This document shows positions 54,720-64,000 of a stretch of DNA of 64,000 nt, in pieces. Every line of letters starts with the position of its first letter. Within the stretch, counting starts at the first letter, position 1. The DNA is from the human T2T-CHM13v2.0 reference genome, Homo sapiens, in assembly GCF_009914755.1 (NCBI RefSeq), contig NC_060927.1. One strand, written 5' to 3'. The notes under the pieces are model-generated. The model saw nothing but the letters and a program-made list of their open reading frames with translations. It was not told the origin of the DNA and made no database searches. Made by a program: the position numbers and the translations under genes.

Positions 54720-56065
54720 GGAAAAGTTAAAATATCTGTAATTAATGTCATACAAAAGTGGACAATATCCCTAATATAGAGAGAATTGCTGAAAGTCTAG
54801 AAGACAATGATCAGTAAAACTATAAAGAATTAATTAGAATTGACTAAAGACATAATAGACATTTCATAAAAAACAAAACCCCAAATGCTACTAAACATGG
54901 GAGATGTTCAAATTTCTCAAACTCATTAATAATGAAAGAAATGCAAATCAAGCCTGCATTGAATGTGGTTTACAGTTATCAAAATGACCCCAAGGGAATC
55001 ACGCCTCCAGGGAGTAATGCTCCTCTGAAGTCCCCTCCACTTTGACTCTGGGCTGGGTCCTGTGATTTGCCCTGCCACTGGGAAATCAGAAAATGTGATG
55101 CAAGGCTACATGCTGGGGTTTGCCTCCTGGAATTCTGCTGCTACCCTGTGAGAATGCCCAGCGTGGCCTTGAAGATGGAAGACTGCCTGAAGAGACACGA
55201 CCAGCTTTCCCAGTTATCCCACCAACCTCATGTCGCCAAATGAGTAAATCTAGGGAAAACCAGCAGAACAGCTCGACCAACACACAGAATGGTAAGAAAA
55301 AATAAATCATGGTTATTTTAAGTCAGTACTTTGAGAGGGGCTATTGTCATCTAGCAATAGATAATCGATACACTGAGATATCATTTTCACTTACAGAATT
55401 GGTAGAAATCCAGGAGTTTCACAGTACACTCTGGTAGTGACTCTGTGGAGAAAAAACACTCTCATACGCTGCTGATGGGAGTGTAAGTTGATACAATCCC
55501 TGTAGAAGGCAACTTGGCAATATCAACTAACATTTCAAAGGCTTATTGTCTTTATCCAACAATCCCATTTCTAGTGAGTTATTCTACAGATAGATTTACC
55601 CAGGTACAAAATTGTGTATATGCAAGTTTATTTAGGCAGATGTAATGTTAAAAGATAAAAATAATCTAAATGTGTATTAATACAAGTCTGGGTAAATATA
55701 CAATGGAATTATGATCTGTAAAATGATAAAAAAAAAAGGACTCATTACACACAATGTGGAAAAAACTTAAAGATATATTATTAAGCAATAAAAGCACAGG
55801 GTAAAATAATGTTAATAGTATGCCACATATTGTGTATAAAAAGAAGAAAAATAGAAATCTGTGCTTGTGTGTTTGCATATGCATTCCAAAAACTCTGGAA
55901 GAAAAGTATAGCTGTAGGCTTGGGGTTGGGGGGTGCAAGGTGTTTGGGATCTGGGCTTACAGGGGATGGGGCAAGTGGGAACCTTTACACTGTATTATAT
56001 TTTAATAATTCGAGGAACACATAAATATAAACATTTAATTTGCAAATTAAAAATAAAAACTTTCT
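54720..56065 (+). mobile_element. L1ME-type 3' end, interrupted by MLT1
   Basis: AAAGAAATGCAAATCAAG...CTCTCATACGCTGCTGATGGGAGTGTAAGTTG...CAACAATCCCATTTCTAG...; degenerate ORF2 C-terminus and 3'UTR. Confidence 0.72.
54964..55372 (+). mobile_element. MLT1 (H/I/J-like) LTR
   Basis: TGTGG...CCCCTCCACTTTGACTCTGGGCTGG...AATAAATCATGGTTATTTTAAGTC...AGCAATAGATAATCGATACA. Confidence 0.78.
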
Positions 56066-56359
56066 TAAAAAATTAATATTTGCATACTACAGGGATACAT
56101 TTATCTAACAAAACCCATGTAGTAGCAAATTAGATTTTTTTTTCTTTTTTTAATTATACTTTAAGTTTTAGGGTACATGTGCACCTTGTGCAGGTTAGTT
56201 ACATATGTATACATGTGCCATGCTGGTGCACTGCACCCACTAACTCGTCATCTAGCATTAGGGATATCTCCTAATGCTATCCCTCCCCCCTCCCCCCACC
56301 CCACAACAGTCCGCAGAGTGTGATATTCCCCTTCCTGTGTCCATGTGATCTCATTGTTC

Positions 56360-60211
<3,852 letters not shown>

Positions 60212-60247
60212 TTAGTTGATGCAGTTTCTTCCTAGTCTTGATGGTCT

Positions 60248-61264
60248 TTACATTTTGGCATGATTTTGCAGCGGCTGGTACCGGTTGTTCCTTTCCATGT
60301 TTAGCACTTCCTTCAGGAGCTCTTCTAGGGCAGCCCTGGTGGTGACAAAATCTCTCAGCATTTGCTTGTCTGTAAAGTATTTTATTTCTCCTTTGCTTAT
60401 GAAGCTTAGTTTGGCTGGATATGAAATTCTGGGTTGAAAATTCTTTTGTTTAAGAATGTTGAATATTGGCCCCCACTCTCTTCTGGCTTGTAGGGTTTCT
60501 GCCGAGAGATCCGCTGTTAGTCTGATGGGCTTCCCTTTGAGGGTAACCCGACCTTTCTCTCTGGCTGCCCTTAACATTTTTTCCTTCATTTCAACTTTGG
60601 TGAATCTGACAATTATGTGTCTTGGAGTTGCTCTTCTCGAGGAGTATCTTTGTGGCGTTCTCTGTATTTCCTGAATGTAAACGTTGCCCTGCCTTGCTAG
60701 ATTGGGGAAGTTCTCCTGGATAATATCCTGCAGAGTGTTTTCCAACTTGGTTCCATTCTCCCCATCACTTTCAGGTACACCAATCAGACGTAGATTTGGT
60801 CTTTTCACATAGTCCCATATTTCTTGGAGGCTTTGCTCATTTCTTTTTATTCTTTTTTCTCTAAACTTCCCTTCTTGCTTCGTTTCATTCATTTCATCTT
60901 CCATCGCTGATACCCTTTCTTCCAGTTGATCGCATCGGCTCCTGAGGCTTCTGCATTCTTCACGTAGTTCTCAAGCCTTGATTTTCAGCTCCATCAGCTC
61001 CTTTAAGCACTTCTCTGTAGTGGTTATTCTAGTTATACATTCTTCTAAATTTTTTTCAAAGTTTTCAACTTCTTTGCCTTTGGTTTGAATGTCCTCCCGT
61101 AGCTCAGAGTAATTTGATCTTCTGAAGCCTTCTTCTCTCAGCTCGTCAAAGTCATTCTCCATCCAGCTTTGTTCCATTGGTGGTGAGGAGCTGCGTTCCT
61201 TTGGAGGAGGAGAGGCGCTCTGCTTTTTAGAGTTTCCAGTTTTTCTGTTCTGTTTTTTCCCCAT
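60248..61264 (-). pseudogene. L1 ORF1: L1 ORF1p (338 codons) with one internal nonsense codon
   Basis: The MGKKQNRKTGNSK... and MEDEMNE...QNHAKM ORFs are in the same frame (1017 nt total); a single TGA at 60971-73 replaces CGA (Arg98). Confidence 0.95.
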
Positions 61265-62170
61265 CTTTGTGGTTTTATCTACTTTTGGTCTTTGATGATG
61301 GTGATGTACAGATGGGTTTTTGGTAAGGATGTCCTTTCTGTTTGTTAGTTTTCCTTCTAACAGACAGGACCCTCAGCTGCAGGTCTGTTGGAATACCCTG
61401 CCGTGTGAGGTGTCATTGTGCCCCTGCTGGGGGGTGCCTCCCAGTTAGGCTGCTCGGGGTTCAGGGGTCAGGGACCCACTTGAGGAGGCAGTCTGCCCGT
61501 TCTCAAATCTCCAGCTGCGTGCTGGGAGAACCACTGCTCTCTTCAAAGCTGTCAGACAGGGACATTTAAGTCTGCAGAGGTTACTGCTGTCTTTTTGTTT
61601 GTCTGTGCCCTGCCCCCAGAGGTGGAGCCTACAGAGGCAGGCAGGCCTCCTTGAGCTGTGGTGGGCTCCACCCAGTTCGAGCTTCCCCGCTGCTTTGTTT
61701 ACCTAAGTGAGCCTGGGCAATGGCGGGCGCCCCTCCCCCTGCCTCGCTGCCACCTTGCAGTTTGATCTCAGACTGCTGTGCTAGCAATCAGCGAGACTCC
61801 GTGGGCGTAGGACCCTCCGAGCCATGTGCGGGATATAATCTCCTGGTGTGCCGTTTTTTAAGCCCGCCGGAAAAGCGCAGTATTCGGGTGGGAGTGACCC
61901 GATTTTCCAGGTGCCGACCATCACCCCTTTCTTTGACTCGGAAAGGGAACTCCCTGACCCCTTGTGCTTCCCAAGTAAGGCAATGCCTCGCCCTGCTTCC
62001 GCTCGCACATGGTGCGCGCACCCACTGACCTGCGCCCACTGTCTGGCACTCCCTAGTGAGATGAACCCGGTACCTCAGATGGAAATGCAGATATCACCGT
62101 CTTCTGTGTTGCTCACGCTGGGAGCTGTAGACCGCAGCTGTTCCTATTTGGCCATCTTGGCTCCTCCCCC
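61265..62170. promoter_or_regulatory. L1 5'UTR sense and antisense promoter, CpG-rich, YY1 site intact
   Basis: CAAGATGGCC (62159-62150); high local CpG density; complete 5' terminus. Confidence 0.85.
61720..62028 (+). CDS. ORF0: L1 antisense ORF0, open, 102-aa extended form
   Basis: MAGAPPPASLPPCSLISDCCASNQRDSVGVGPSEP... is the ORF0 N-terminus; good Kozak context (GCAATGG); located in the antisense-promoter region. Expression not shown. Confidence 0.72.
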   Translation: MAGAPPPASLPPCSLISDCCASNQRDSVGVGPSEPCAGYNLLVCRFLSPPEKRSIRVGVTRFSRCRPSPLSLTRKGNSLTPCASQVRQCLALLPLAHGARTH

Positions 62171-62174
62171 ACAA

Positions 62175-62400
62175 ATTAGGTTTTTATTAACATAATGCTG
62201 TTGTAAATATCACTGCTGTAATTATCCTTACGTAAAAGTTTTCCAGTTCACCTTTGATAACTTTCTCAAAGCAAATATCTCAAAGTGGAATTGCTATGTC
62301 AAAGGATATGAAAATTTTAAGTATCTTTAAAGAGATAAATATCGTTTTGTAGGAGGGAGGAAAGGTTAAATCTTTTTTGAATTGTACTATTGAATATTTT
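62175..62400 (-). mobile_element. L1ME-type fragment (L1PA insertion target; left part ~56085-56133)
   Basis: ATAATGCTGTTGTAAATATC...AAAGTGGAATTGCTATGTCAAAGGATATGAAAATTTT. Confidence 0.6.
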
Positions 62401-63429
62401 TCATTGTCTATTTAAAAATAAGATTATTTGCTTTCATGTTGATTTCCAATCACTTGAAAATAATAAATACAGTAAACTTTTGTCAAATTTATGGCACAGT
62501 ATTTCCTAAATTTTGTGTTTATCTGTAAATAACAGAAATCCTTAAAAAGTAACTCATTGTATCTATAAACAAAGTAAGTATAATGTAGAAAGTTTGGGCT
62601 TCCAGACAATAAAAACTAGAAATGACATACTTTCACAACTTAGGATAACCACTATAAAGTAATGTTTCATATATTTCCAGATTTTTTCTCATATAAATAC
62701 ATTTTAACATGCCTTTGCAATCTGATTTTGTCAGAAATCATCTCCATTCCTTAATTTAAGAAAATTTTAGTTTCATTTAATCAACTGTATTCAAGTATTC
62801 CCAATTATTCCAAAAATGTTTTTTACAGTTTGCTAATTAAGACTAGTACTGAATTCAGGCCCATATATCACATCTAGCTTTTATGAACCCTAATTCAATG
62901 CAATAAAAAAAGGTTGTGTTAGTTTAAGAAAAATCCTTCATTTATCCATCTTTTTAAACCACTGTTAATTTGGCCTTCATTTCTGCGTATGATCTTATTT
63001 CAGAAATAGTCTAGAATTTGATATTTAGAGGTGACGTGCTGCTACGAGAGAACTTAAATGGCTTTGGCTTAGTAGCTGGTTGATGGACAGTGTTGACAGA
63101 TCATTGCTGTCTGGAAAGCTGTGACCTTGTGATTTCATTATTAATTTTTTGGTCAAATTGTCATCTGTGATGTCTTGGAACTCAGACAAATTTTGTATCT
63201 CTAGTGAAATGAGTTGGAAAACTCAAAATGATGGTATTAGTTATCTAATTTTTGTAGTTTCTATTTTGAAAAATTAAATTGATAAAGAGACAAGAGTTTA
63301 ACACATGCTAAGGATAAGAGGTGCCTCTGGAGAGGCAGTCCAACGAGTGTATGAGCCTGTGCCCCTATCCAGTACCTCCCATTAAAAATTATCAAGTTAA
63401 CAATTTTGTCTCCCCATCCCAAGCAGACT

Positions 63430-63912
63430 CTGTCAGTACTCTGCCACTGTTCACTGTAATCTCTTTACAATTTCAGTTCACATCAACTTCCAGACTGCTT
63501 TCTCTTCCTGCAGCCAACACCTGCATCTCTTTTTTGGCAGACTGCCCTTGATCTACTGGCACCGCTTTGCCTCAAACTGGGAAAGCCAGAATTACTGGCA
63601 AAGATAAATGTCTTTATTTATCCTGGGGCAGCCCCTAAACAATGACCAGTAGATATAGGAGTATAAATACTCCAGCTTCCTTGTGACTTGATTAAAACAA
63701 CATTAAAAATGTGGTTTATACCACTATATCATCTCCAAAGCTCCCCTGGGTGTTTGAGGCGATGTTAACTTTCACTAGCTTTCTTGACTTTCTTAACATC
63801 TTAGTCCACTTTTCCACTCCTTTGTTGCTTTTCCTTGATAACATGTGCTAATGAAGCACTTTCACATGAATACTTATCTTTGGTTCTGCATCCTGGGAAT
63901 TCCATCAGAGAC
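63430..63912 (+). mobile_element. LTR16-like ERVL LTR
   Basis: CCTGGGGCAGCCCCTAAACAATGACC...GGAGTATAAATACTCCAGCTTCC...CACTTTCACATGAATACTTATCTTTGGTTCTGCATCCTGGGAA...AGACA. Confidence 0.7.
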
Positions 63913-64000
63913 ATCATCCAAGCTCATTATTTTAATAGGATTCCATTGATCCTTTACTAAGTTGAAAAACAGAGAAATGGACAGATCATTTAGGCTAGGA

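Overview
Primate genomic DNA, most likely human or another great ape given the AluY, L1PA2/3 and LTR7 content. The window is AT-rich and dominated by transposable elements. I found no host protein-coding exon, tRNA, rRNA or CRISPR array, so it reads as intergenic or deep-intronic. Main contents: (1) the 5' end of a minus-strand HERV-H provirus (LTR7 228-630, tRNA-His PBS, gag start) with a large leader deletion; (2) a near full-length old L1MA (~3088-12970) carrying an AluSp, a THE1D solo LTR and a complete THE1A/B element; (3) an old L1M (~16470-23725) with a four-level nested insertion; (4) a mixed L2/MIR/MaLR/ERV1/Alu/DNA-transposon region; (5) an L1MC with nested L1PA, MER44, Tigger4a and Tigger3a; (6) a full-length ~6.04-kb L1PA2/3 (56134-62170, minus) with disabled ORF1/ORF2 but an open, extended antisense ORF0. 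I see no evidence of a new biological system. The most interesting items are regulatory or structural variants of known elements. Subfamily names come from recalled consensus diagnostics, and boundaries of old elements are approximate.
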